From Aplysia californica (lineage: Eukaryota): a stretch of 64,000 nt of DNA. The DNA lies in the NCBI RefSeq assembly GCF_000002075.1, contig NW_004797306.1:355459-419458 (forward strand), written 5' to 3'. The position numbers and the translations under genes are program-made. Each line of letters starts with the position of its first letter. Position 1 is the first letter of the stretch. Shown here piece after piece: positions 1 to 11,613 of the stretch. Below the pieces are notes generated by a model that ran no database searches, was not told the DNA's origin, and saw only the letters and a list, made by a program, of their open reading frames with translations.

Positions 1-33
<33 letters not shown>
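1..33. repeat. (CA)n microsatellite, truncated by window start
   Basis: Pure ACAC run at 1-33. Confidence 0.95.
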
Positions 34-36
<3 letters not shown>

Positions 37-1263
37 TCACGGCCAAAAATGAATCTATTCTCTACCCGTGTGAATAGACACAAAAATACATAATATTTTG
101 ATACATCATAGCCGTAGTATTCATCATCATCATATAAACTGTAAAAACACTTTGCGTTGATGTCAGAAAAACGTGACACTAGGTTTTTTTTCAATGCTTT
201 CCAGTTTCCCAGAGAACTAACCTCTAGGATAGACACATAAAAACACATAATATGTACACTGTATACACCGAGTGTTTAGTCTTGATATGAAGCTATAGCA
301 TTAAAATGTTAATCTTATTGTGTTATCAATACTTCATTTATAAACGCCTCTCCTAAACAACAAGGAAGTATTGGATTTTCGGTTTCCAAGAATAAAAAAC
401 ATAGACCTACAGATTTGCACCAGTGCATCTCCACACTGTAACTTATACATCTAACTGGATGATTAAAACGTTCAGTTTTTCCTCATTTACTACTTTAAAC
501 TATAAAAGTATAAGCATCATGTTCTCCATCTAAGACATAGTGTTATCATAATGTCTTCATCCTTTCTTCATTTCATCTGAAGTATGTTACTAAATTATAA
601 GTAACATCAGATCTACCACTCCCTCAGCTTATAATGTATCTCATTCTCATACCCTAGACAAACAATGTTTTAATTCTTTCTTCATTAAAATTTTACCCGA
701 AGTAAGCCTATGTTATTATAAAATGCGCACTTCGCTCCTCATCTTTTCTGATTCTCCCCAATCCCCTCTGCCTCTCATCCTGAACATTTCCTTGCAAGGC
801 ATGAAGGTGAAAACTCCCTCCTAACTCCAAGGTTTGCCATGCCTTGATGACATAACCACTTTACTACGCCGAGAGAACGGCTATGTATAACAAACTAGAC
901 TGCGCACCCTTATCAAATAGGAAGCCCTCAAACAGAGCCAAAAGAAGACAGGTTGTCCTTTTTTTCCCTTGTAAAGAGCAAACACTGCAACGGAATGCGA
1001 CGTGAGTGGGTGCACTTATATTATCATTCATCGTGTTCAACCACTGCATACGACCTGGCAATTCGTCGTAGTAGTAGGCCTAATCACGGAGGTCCCCAGA
1101 CACGCGTACAAGGAATAAAGGGATCTAAAAATGGAAATGAGAGAAGAGATATTAGGATGAAATTAAAATTTAGCTTGGTTCTGCTCTGTACGTTACAAAG
1201 CCACGAACGTATTGACACACCTGAGTATTACAGTCGCTTCTTCTTACTTTACTTTGCGTATGA

Positions 1264-1340
1264 CCCCGCCCTCCCGGCACCTGGGATTTTTACCTGTCGT
1301 TTGACGTCACTTCCTGACTTCCTGAATCATCCGCCATTTT
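1264..1340 (+). promoter_or_regulatory. GIPC proximal promoter: GC box, full CRE overlapping an ETS site, second ETS site, YY1 motif
   Basis: CCCCGCCC 1264-1271; TGACGTCA 1302-1309 overlapping CACTTCCTG 1308-1316; ACTTCCTG 1317-1324; CCGCCATTTT 1331-1340; locally CpG-rich, 140-220 nt upstream of the ATG. Confidence 0.7.
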
Positions 1341-1479
1341 GCCGACTCGATGTGCGGACACAGATCTCTTCTTGACTGTCGTTCCACTTGAACCACATTT
1401 GGGTGCCCTTCCACAAGGATTGTTCTGGGAAACTCCAGTGACTGTTTTTGAAGTGTTTCTCGTAACTGACTAAACAATA

Positions 1480-1785
1480 ATGCCTCGTCTTTTCGGTAAG
1501 AAAAACAAAAGTAGCGAAAACATCGCTGACTCCGTGCAACAGAATCAGAATGCTGCTGACCCGCCCCACCCAGACGATACATCAACAGGTAATGAAGCCA
1601 ACGGTGGATCCAAAGTGACCAGGTCGTCTGTTGAACCACCACAACCAGCACAGCCTCCTAGACCCAAGCTTGTGTTTCACTGTCAGCAGGCTCATGGCAG
1701 CCCCACTGGAATTATCTCTGGATTCACAAACGTGAAAGAGTTGTATCAAAAGATTGCAGACTGCTATGATTTGGATGTATCAGAG
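1480..1785 (+). CDS. GIPC: GIPC PDZ-domain adaptor, coding exon 1 (N-terminus, start of GH1)
   Basis: MPRLFGKK...RPKLVFHCQQAHGSPTGIISGFTNVKELYQKIA matches the GIPC GH1 signature; donor GAG|gtgagt at 1786, phase 0. Confidence 0.96.
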
Positions 1786-1981
1786 GTGAGTTTAGTTTAG
1801 GAGGCTAGGCCTCGTCTTGAGTCTTGGTAGATCAGACGGATCTAGATCTAGAGGTACGATAGGGAGTCTGGAGCTTTTTATCACCATTATCAGGGTATTA
1901 CTTTACTTTCACCCTCTTCTCTTGCTCAGGTTTTGTATTTCCCTTTCACATTTTGGCCACCTCAGGCGAGTCTTTTCAATT

Positions 1982-2695
1982 TTGGCTTTTCTCACCCAGT
2001 GTGCGTTCACCGTTATAGTCTAGGCCAACCAGTGTAGCGTTCACCCTGAACCACAGAATTCTACACTGTGATAACAGAATTGCAGAATTCTGTGCCATGA
2101 ACAAACGTTCCATTACTACTGTTAGCCTAAAAGCGTTCAATTTTGTCTGTGGGCAGTGGAGAGGAGAGAGAGAGAGAAAGAGGGAGAGAGAGAGGAGTAG
2201 CGCGAGAACTTCCGGGCAAAACAAAATGGTGACCCGCGTAGTTCGGCTCGATTCGAAAAGTTAAATAGCCGTAGCATCTTTGTAGACAACCAAATTAATT
2301 TACTTTGTGTTTTAATATCATATTTTAACTTTGTTTTGGTCAATTTGATCGTCCACACCGATAGACAGTATTCAGAAAGAGACAGAGAAAGAGAGAAGAG
2401 GGGAGGAGTTGATCTTGCGAGAACTTCCGGGCGGGTGAGAATAGCCACTTTCGATTAGAAAAGTGAAATAGCCATATAGCATCTTTGTCGACTATCAAAT
2501 TAGCTTACTTTTGTGCTATTATAACGTAATTTTTCCTTGGCTTTTATCACTTTCATCATCCACACAGACAGTATTCCGAAATGAGGAAAAACAGGTCTTG
2601 TTTCACACCGGGTGAGAATAGCCAACGCTGGCAAGTCTCACCCGGGGTGAGAGGTAGATCGTATTTTTATTCTCACCCCGGGTGAGGATAGCCAC
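1982..2695. mobile_element. MITE-like element with inverted repeats and palindromic CTCACCC(C)GGGTGAG modules; partial copy at 49533-49645, motif again near 52750
   Basis: TTGGCTTTTCTCACCCAGTGTG (~1982) is inverted relative to CACACCGGGTGAGAATAGCCAA (~2604); internal direct duplication ~2190-2340 / ~2415-2580; 2345-2452 recurs almost identically at 49533-49645. Confidence 0.6.
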
Positions 2696-3140
2696 TTACC
2701 TGCATATGAATTTTAATTTCTGTCGCAAATTATCTTTTATATAGAGTAGAGGCGTAAATTATCTATATCTAGATAGATCTAGATCTAGATTTCTAGTGAA
2801 ACTTGTGTAATTAGAAAAAAAAATTAAAACTGTTGGTTTTACTACATTTTAGGTAAGGGATCATGTCTCGTGTGTGTTCTGACAGTCAGAATGGCTAATA
2901 TTGATCCTCTAAAGCAATGCATCTGTGTGCATGATTGCAAGTAAAAATTTAGGCCTAGGCTACCCACAATATTGTAGGGAGTAGGAGTTGAACTCTGGCT
3001 TGTGTTTGGCTGTGACTCGTACCTTTCAAAACTGTATAAAATTGACCCATAATGACCCCAAAGGACAGGATGTTTACCCATTTGAAAACAAGGCAGTTTT
3101 ATAAAAATTTTAAGCCTTTCAGTGAGTGGATAATCTGTGA

Positions 3141-3284
3141 GGGAGGAATTCTGTAACGTGCGACCACTATATGAAACAGGGTAGAAATATTTATAAATGA
3201 GAGTTGGGTCAGGGTTAGGGTTAGGTTTCTTCTTTATGAACTAGAACTGTTAGTTGGGTTGTCGCTCGTTACGAAAGTCCTTCC
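3141..3284. mobile_element. ~144 bp MITE carrying internal TTAGGG repeats; related partial copy at ~51905-52022
   Basis: Imperfect TIRs GGGAGGAATTCTGTAACGTGCGACCA / TTGTCGCTCGTTACGAAAGTCCTTCC, TGTGA on both flanks, GGGTTAGGGTTAGG inside. Confidence 0.6.
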
Positions 3285-3818
3285 TGTGATTTTGTGATCA
3301 TGGCTGCAATGGTATTAATATGAGCAATTGCCAAAATGTGAGACTTTCTTGAGACTCAGTGGTTCCAAAATTTTTTTCTTACCAATTTGACTCCCTTTTC
3401 TGTCAGTCTCAGATTGACATTTTTAGAGCTCATATTCCTAAAGTATCAGAGCAAGGAGATGTAGGGTTTTGGAGATATGGGTCTATTGGTTTGGCAACCA
3501 CTGTATTTTTTGTATGTAACAGTGTTGACAAAAACAGAAAAGCAGCAAGGCAAATTATAGACTTTAAATTCCCTTTGTTTAGTAAACAAACACATTGTAC
3601 ACTATGAACTTCATTCATAATGGTAATATGAATGACAAGCATTGTAACAATGACGCAGTGCACAGAACATGTCATCATTGTTATGTACAAGAAAGGATAC
3701 ACATTGGACATTATCATTGACAACACATCACAATAGTGAAAGGCTGTATAAATACAGTTATCAAAGCCTCAGCACCAGAAAAACACATGAAGTGGTGACA
3801 GTTTTTTTTTCCTTGTGA

Positions 3819-4317
3819 CTATTTCTCAGAACGCTCGGGAAAATAAACTTGATCTCTATTTCTCCAAACGGTTTCCGTTCTAGAGATTTTTGGGTTATTA
3901 GTGAGATTTAGGCGTCATTTTTCATTTTATGCCATTCTGCTAGGACTGGGAAGAAGCATTTTTTTGTATCGAAGTCAATTTCTAGAGAGGTGCTAGAGAT
4001 TTTTAAATGTCTGAATAGTCAGATACTTCAGTTATGGTTGGGGCAATGTTCCCTGACTACTTCATTTGAAAATGTGTTCAAAAGGTAATGCGAGAAAACA
4101 AGAGCTTGACCTTGGCAGTAACCTATTTTGCATTTAGTCACACCTAAAGCAAAAACTAAAATCCTTCATGCAAACCCCCAACACACACCACACACACACA
4201 TGCGCAAGGGACCACTCCATTCGCAAATTATCGACAAATCGGAAACAAATCTCCTGAACGGAAACAGTTCGGAGAAATAAAGTTCAAGTTTATTTTCCCG
4301 AGCGTTCGGAGAAATAG
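3819..4317. mobile_element. MITE with ~70 bp terminal inverted repeats
   Basis: CTATTTCTCAGAACGCTCGGGAAAATAAACTTGA... at 3819 is the reverse complement of ...TCAAGTTTATTTTCCCGAGCGTTCGGAGAAATAG ending at 4317. Confidence 0.8.
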
Positions 4318-5068
4318 AGCCGGCCTTTTTTTTTAACTTTATAGTCTGTAACTTGAACTTGAATCGGTAGGCAGCTACTGCAACTGTTACTGTTGTTTCA
4401 GAAAAGCACACACATGCATGTTATGTTCATCATTTGCTTTGCCCTATACTATACTAACTAACATTGACATCCAGTGCCAACCAGTACACTTTCTGATCTC
4501 TTAACGGAGTGATCAATGTTTACCGTTCAAGTCAACTGCTGACAAGCTATTAATTTGAGAAAAAAAGATTTATTCCTTCTGTTGAAAATATGTTGGTTGA
4601 TTTCTATTCCAATGAGAGAAAAGGGCAATATTACACACTAAACTAACTCTAATGTGTGTATATTAATTTCACTCTNNNNNNNNNNNNNNNNNNNNNNNNN
4701 NNNNNNNNNNNNNNNNNNNNNNNNNNNNNNNNNNNNNNNNNNNNNNNNNNNNNNNNNNNNNNNNNNNNNNNNNNNNNNNNNNNNNNNNNNNNNNNNNNNN
4801 NNNNNNNNNNNNNNNNNNNNNNNNNNNNNNNNNNNNNGGTGCTTATTTTTGACCGATCATATATATTTTATAATATACTCATTCACGTCTTTCCAACCCA
4901 AAAAAGCACTTGACAACAGTTCATACATTTTTTTAGTTCATTCTCGTGTAATTTTTCAGTGCAGTTATCTAAACTAGGCCAATGATTCAGATCCTATAAT
5001 GTGAATTATTTAATCTCAAAGCCACTGACAAGATTAACTAATTTGTTTTTTTTGTTTTTGGACCACAG

Positions 5069-5438
5069 ATTTTATTTTGCACCCTAAACACACACAAGGT
5101 TGACATGACCAGGCTTCTTGGGGGACAGATTGGGCTGGAGGACTTCATTTTTGCTCATGTCAAAGGTCAGCCGAAAGAAGTGGATGTGACAAAGTCGGAA
5201 GATGCCTTGGGCTTGACCATCACAGACAATGGCGCAGGCTATGCCTTCATTAAAAGAATCAAGGAGGGTAGTATAATGGACAATGTACCCTTGATAGCTG
5301 TTGGTGACCACATCGAGAAAATCAATGGAGAAAGTTTAGTGGGCTGCCGGCACTTTGAAGTGGCCAAGAAATTAAAAGAAATTCCCAAAGGAACAACTTT
5401 TACACTGCGGACAGTGGAACCAATGAAATCAGGTTTTT
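5069..5438 (+). CDS. GIPC: GIPC coding exon 2 (end of GH1 plus PDZ domain)
   Basis: Acceptor ccacag|ATT; [33 protein letters not shown]...[23 protein letters not shown]; donor T|gtaagt at 5439, phase 1. Confidence 0.97.
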
Positions 5439-5879
5439 GTAAGTATGCTTTACTTTTTCTGTTCTGTGTTTCTTTGAGCTTTAGTTGCCTGTTTCCATTG
5501 TGTACTTTATGTGTTTCTAGCATCATGATTTATAATTCAGATTTGATGTTCTGTGTTTTGGTGGAAATAGAAATTTAGCTTTAAAAGGGAGACAACATTT
5601 AACTGGTGATGATAATCTTCTGCTGTAAAAAATGTTCTTCATTTTATTTAGCACACTCTCCCTCTATCTGCTGTGAGAATCTGTTCTCTTTATCGCATAC
5701 TCTTAAGAGTGTTTGACCGAAGCTAAATTTTTTACATAAATTTTCTAGATTGGAAATAATTCGTTCTCATTGAGAGTTTAGGTTTTTTTTTAGCTCTAAG
5801 AAATGTGGTTTGTCAAGAACCCTTGCCTCTTGAAACCTCTCTCGCCACTGTTTTTTTTGTAGCCAGTTGTTTTGAATCT

Positions 5880-6208
5880 TTTGTGAGGGCAAATCCCCGC
5901 TCAACAGCAAGCTCTGTGCGCTTTGCAATCTATAGTCTATACTATTACCCCAGCACACTTGAGAGAATTCTGAAACAAACTCAACTTCCAGGGAAGCATA
6001 CAGTGCAGGCGGCCATTTATAGGCACTAAAACACCACAAACAAGGTCTTTTGCTATCTATGGGCCGGGTACCAATTCCCACTTGGATGAAGTGAGGAAAA
6101 TTCCTGTAAAGTGCCTTTCCTAAGGACACAATGTCGGGCCCGTGGCTCTAACCCTTCGCAACCTCACGATTTTGAGTCCGGTAGCCTAACCACTAGGCCA
6201 CCGATGCC
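5880..6208 (-). mobile_element. tRNA-headed SINE (family D), diverged copy
   Basis: Reverse complement starts GGCATCGGTGGCCTAGTGGTTAGG (A box), then GTGTCCTTAGGAAAGGCACTT...CCTCACTTCATCCAAGTGGGAATTGGTACC; homologous to 46321-46665. Confidence 0.8.
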
Positions 6209-7617
6209 AAATGTACTGTATTTTTGAGTCGAGGCTTGTGCTTTTCAGAACTCTATCACTGGAATTTCTTTCTCATCTGTTTTGAAATTGATTTATTGAG
6301 TATCCAGAGATACATGATAAACAGAACATGTTTTCATTTAAACACCCTTTTTGCGGCTCACGGTGAAGACAAAGTGTTGAATATGGGGCACATTTTATTT
6401 TTCCAAAATGTTTCCAAGTTGCCTTGATTATCTGTGTAAATGTGAAGAAATTCTGGCTACAAATGTGGAAAACTCTCTTGAAACGTTAAGTCAGAAAGTG
6501 AAGATACTGTTTGACTGCTCTGAGGATTAATTGAATTATACCTTAATATTGAAATCAGAAAAAAAAGCGCGGGTAATGGTGGATGTTTGGTATTCGCATG
6601 GGATTACCTGACTATCTGTCTGTCAGTTGATAGTTACTAAGTATGCTAGTGTTGCTTGGTTTTGCAACATTTTCTTCTGATGGGTTCTTTCCTTTTCTTC
6701 CTCATAACTTTAAGTCAGTTCCTAATGAATTAGGAAAAAAATATGGTCAACATACGGTGGTGCTGATTTATCCAAGGGAGGGTTTTGTGTACCCAGGCAT
6801 TCTTTAACTAGTCATCATTGCAATAAACAATCACTGTTAATGTGCTATGAGTTTCCACTGACAAATAGTCTTGGGTTTTAATCCTCTTAATTTTTGTTCT
6901 TAAACGTATCTGCACAGTTCTAGTGTACATGATGGTAATGAGGTGTGGGACAGTTTACTCTGTACTTGTGTGTTTGTGTTGTTTTTACACAATGTAGAAC
7001 CTGCTGTCTACGGGCACTATCATGAAATGATTTTGTTGTAATTTTTTTAGTCAGGCTCCAAATATTCTTCTCATGTTGAAAAAGGAATATTATCTCTTGA
7101 GGTTTGTTTTCAGACAACTTTCCAGTTGGATAAATAGAAATGTGACTACCTTCGTCAATAATTTTTGTTTTAAAGCAATAACTATGTAATTTATTGTGGG
7201 ACTATGGTTGCAATTTGTTTTCTTTCACAAAGTACTGTTATTAATATGATTAATTCTATTTAAAATTACAGGGTACGTTTAGTGAAACGATGAACATGTT
7301 TCTGTCTCAGAAATAAAGTGCATCAGGCAGTTTACTTCTGAACAAGACCTGGGGATTTTGTAGTTTAGATTTACTTTGGTGGTCTTTCAATTGAAGTGCG
7401 AATTGTATCGTGTTTTATGTTTTCAGTCTAAAAAGGTATCGCATGTTTAACTATGAGGTGCAGTTTGTTTTTTGGAAAGGATTGTAGATCTTTCATTAAA
7501 AAAACTCTGTCTTTTTTTCTTTATACATTCCAAGTGCAGGTACTTCTTCTGTTACAGGGTGCTTGCTATTCTTTATGTAAACTCTGTGAAATTCAAGTTT
7601 CTAGAGAAATTGTTTGT

Positions 7618-7792
7618 GGGTGGTTGGCGGGTGCTCTGGTGTGGTTTGCTCCTTCTTTCCTATCAAACATCTATTGTCCTGATCTCTCTTCCTTCTTTTT
7701 TATGTTTGTTACTTTTTTGTAACACCTCTAATCTTCGGCACTTATATGACCTTATTGTGTTGTGTTGCAAGTGCAGTAAAACTCTTACTAAA
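7618..7792 (+). mobile_element. Family A ~170 bp short retroposon
   Basis: Starts GGGTGGTTGGCGGGTGCTCTGGTGTGG and ends ...ATATGACCTTA...GTAAAACTCTTACTAAAA; at least 8 copies in the window. Confidence 0.85.
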
Positions 7793-10700
7793 AAAAAAAA
7801 AGATATTGTTTTGTCTGCAAGTCCAAAATCGTGATTGCCATTTCAAGATTGTTAAAAAATATTGGCTGGATCTACTTTGAAACCCATAATATAAAATAAC
7901 GGATAAATTTTCACGTGTGTGCGTTATCTTTTTTTTGCTTGTGTGTGCGTTTGTGCTAAAGTTTTCTCTCAGTTCTATGCATGGACTGCTGATATCGTCC
8001 ATTCCCCTTCCCCATCACCTTGGCTTAAGAACCAGAAAGAACCTTTTGGAATAGTTGACTATGATTGAGTTTGAAATTTAATCAGTGTTGTTCAGACACA
8101 AATGTGTCCTTTGTGAGGCGTTATGGTGCTGGCAGTGCATAAGTTTGTAAATATGTAACGCACTTTTGTAGGTCATATATTATATAACCATTCACAATTT
8201 GTTGTTGACTATGCATATAAGAATCACCATTTTCAAGTAGATTGTTTGCCCAGAACAAATTTACACAAGAAAATTCAACTTTGTATGTTGCCTACACTAG
8301 CTGTGGATGGAGGGAACAGGGAGAAATAGACCACTAAATACGGTGGTAATTTGACATGTACATACGAGTTTTTGCAGTGTTGAAGCTCTTCACATCAATT
8401 AGCGCTTTCATGTACTTTTATCAGTGACCAGACTGAAGCCAAGAATTAACAGTGTATGTCATTTAGAATGATAATATTATATATGACTGTAATTTTTATG
8501 CAACAGAAAGGAAAAAAGAGGGGTGTCTGTCATTTTTAGACTGACTTGCTGCCGGTTATCTTTTTGCGGGAGAAAGATGGTACATGTGTTCTCAGAGATG
8601 TCACAGTGTCATTTTGTTGGAAACCAGTGGATGGATGATTCTATTTAGACTGGGCAGGTCTGCAGCTGTTTTATGTTTCGTGTGTCTGCCCTCTTCCGCA
8701 CAGGCTCTCAATATTTGAGCAATTAACCTTAAACATTTTCTGCAAACATGGATGGCCTGGAGGGGGCTTTACCCATGTGGGGGTCCCTGAGTTCTGGGTT
8801 ATGGTTCTTAAAAAGGCACGTTCCTTTCCTGTCAACATGAAAGGAGATAAGGGGTTAAAAAATTAGCTAGATGTTCTTTAAGGATGGAACCTGTGTTCTT
8901 TAGACACATTCTGTGTCCTATTTTAAACACACTGTGTCTAATGTGAAGGGAGCTTCAGAGATGTGATGGTGACTAATGCATAGTGATTCGTTTGTTGAGG
9001 GATGGAAGAAAACACTCCTTGTTGTACTCAACAGACTCTTTGCTCATTGTTTACTTAGAAATCCTTTTGTAAAGAAAGGATTTTCAGGGGCTGCCCGTGA
9101 AAGCCTGCGTGTGCTCATGTGAGTTGTTGTAATTCGATTGTGTGTTTTTCACCGGGGTTGACGTCAAAGAGAATCTTATCACTTACTTTTCAAGTATTTT
9201 ACGCCTCACCATGATGATGGTATTGTAAATACATCTGACAAGGGGGAAAATACACATGTATTACTGTTACCACATGTGGCTTATGTTAAACCAGGCTTCT
9301 GGAGCAGACCCTCTTATAGCCTTACAGTATAGGGACAATTTGCACTTCTCTTTTGTGTTGTCTATCTCCAAAGGTGTATTTTGACAATGTTCCTGACATG
9401 GAATGATACTACCAACAAATATAAAAAAAAAAACTGTATTGAAAAGACTTTATGTCCTCTAGCAATCAAGGTGAATAATTAATAGCTCTATAGTGAAGGT
9501 TTTATACATTATTTTGAGTTTTCTGTTTAGAGGGAGAGTTTTTGCAAATATATATAAAAAATTACTTTATGCTTTTACTTTTCAATTACTTATCAGTTGC
9601 CATAAATTTTCTTTTTTTGGTTTGAAGGGTCAAGACTGAATAGAGGCCTACTGAATTTCAACTTTTTAAAAACGGTCCAGTTACTTTTACTTTTCATTTA
9701 AATAAAATTTTTATTATATTATTATTAAAGCTTACTGGGCGTATCCGTTTTGTAGTTCATTTATTAACTTTCCTACAAGTGCACAGAGTAGAAGTTCATG
9801 TGAACAAAAACTTATACCATTGATGGAAAATATTTTAACTTTCTTTTACCTGTTGAACGGAAACTGGTTTAGGTGTGGGGAGATGCTATTAGTTTGTCTC
9901 CACAAACAGAGGTCTGAGATAAGAGAGTGCACACATACGTCCCCAGCACGACATTTGGAGGGGGGGGGGTGTGTGTGAGGGTGCAAATAATACAAAAGTA
10001 TTGGAACGGCACATAGATTTAAATGAAGACACTTCACGTTTGACTGAAGGGGATGGGTGAGGGCTGTTATGTCTCACAGCTAATCTTGGAAGTATTGCGA
10101 TAATGGTTTAATCATTGCTATACTTTTTATGGGTGGTTGGTGGATGCTCTGATGTGGTCTGTTCTTTTTCCTGGTTAGTGTTTTGTCCCTATTCTGATTT
10201 TGTTCCTGGCATACAGTAGTTGTTATCATGCTGACTTTCTGTAAAGTACATCTCAACGATGATGGATTTATAGATAGCTGAAGAATCTTTGTCTATTTAT
10301 ATTTGTCACTGTTTTGAAGCTCAAGGGATTTGGGATATCATGGGGATTGGGGGAAGGAAGGAGAAGGAGCTTGGTTTCAAATGTCATTTTTGTCCCAAGT
10401 TTTTTAAAGGCAATGATGTGCTGTCTGTTGTGTCATCTGAGAGTTTGGCTCAGTAGAACTCATTTTGGAGGAAAAAAAACTATCAAACCTAGTTTGTGGG
10501 GAAAGTTTGCTTCTACTTTTCCATTGTGAGGCTGAAAATGGACACAAAAGAGCTGTTCTGTTTATTCGATGACCACTTGACTAGAACATTTTTTTTTCTT
10601 GTTTGTACATGCAAATATTAATTATAAATTTGTGATGATTGCACTCCTGAGCTTTGCCAATAACTTAAGTAAAGTCTTAATTAAATGTGTGGATGGATGG

Positions 10701-11024
10701 TGGGAGTGTAGGACTTTCTTCAGATTAAAAAAAAAATTTCTTCTGTCTTTTTCAAAACTGTTCCCCAGCAAGTGGTTGGCGGGTGCTTCTGGTAGGTCCG
10801 TCTCTTCTCTTCCTGCTAGTTTCTGTCCCTTTTTTTCAGCATTAAATAGGAATCTTGACTCTTACAATATTTTCCAGTATTCTTTGAGGGTTATCCATAG
10901 ATGCTCTTCTCTTTTTTTTTTTGTGGGGGGTTCCAGAGAATTTCAATAATATGTGCTGAAATCCCGAATTTTCATCTATACCTGTCCATTTTACTGGTGG
11001 ATCCTGCGAGACATTTTTGTAATT

Positions 11025-11330
11025 ATTTATTCTTGGATGGAAAAGAAATCAAATGAGGTATTACTTGAAGAAGCCCACATGAGTCACTCGATAAAAACAG
11101 TTTGGAAGAGACAATTGCACTTTCTGGGACACTTGAATAGACATAAGAGCCTTGAACATTTAGCTCTAATTGGTAAAAATAAAGGCAAATGAGGCAGGGG
11201 TAGACCCAGAGCAACTTACTTGAAAATCCTAAACAGATGGGTGATTGGGAAATATTAGGATCATTTATCTTTTTTGAGAACTATGATTCCTGGTGTCTGT
11301 TGCAGATCTGGCACTTTCATGATGATGATC
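11025..11330 (+). mobile_element. 3' relic of an RTE-clade LINE (ORF2 C-terminus)
   Basis: SWMEKKSNEVLLEEA...KRQLHFLGHLNR...LEHLALIGKNKGK*GRGRPR matches the RTE C-terminal pattern; ends in a (GAT)n tail at ~11320. Confidence 0.8.
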
Positions 11331-11442
11331 TTATTTCTTGAAAATTTTTGACACGACTTTAAGTCATTGTATTTTCATGGGCTCTTCATGATTGCTGTGG
11401 GAGCCCCCCTAAAAAATTTCTTGATTGTTCTTAACTGTTGGT

Positions 11443-11613
11443 GGGTGGTTGACAGGTGCTCTTATCGGGTTTACTCCTTTCCTATTAAAAATTTATAGTC
11501 CTGATCTCTCCTCCTTTTTTGTGTTTGTTACTCTCTTTTAACACCACTAATCTTCGGCACTTATACGACCTAACTGGGTTTCAAGTGCCGTAAAACTCTT
11601 TCTGAAACTAAAC
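11443..11613 (+). mobile_element. Family A short retroposon
   Basis: Same 5' start and tail; ACTGTTG on both flanks (11434 and 11619). Confidence 0.85.

Noticed and set aside
100-860. Possible LINE or coding relic at the window start
   Set aside because: The frame I translated had frequent stops and no recognisable motif.
953-1375. 140 aa ORF upstream of GIPC
   Set aside because: Non-ATG start, no recognisable domain, overlaps promoter motifs; likely chance.
9205-9245. ATGATGA...CTGA resembling a C/D snoRNA in GIPC intron 2
   Set aside because: Boxes are under 30 nt apart; too short for a snoRNA.
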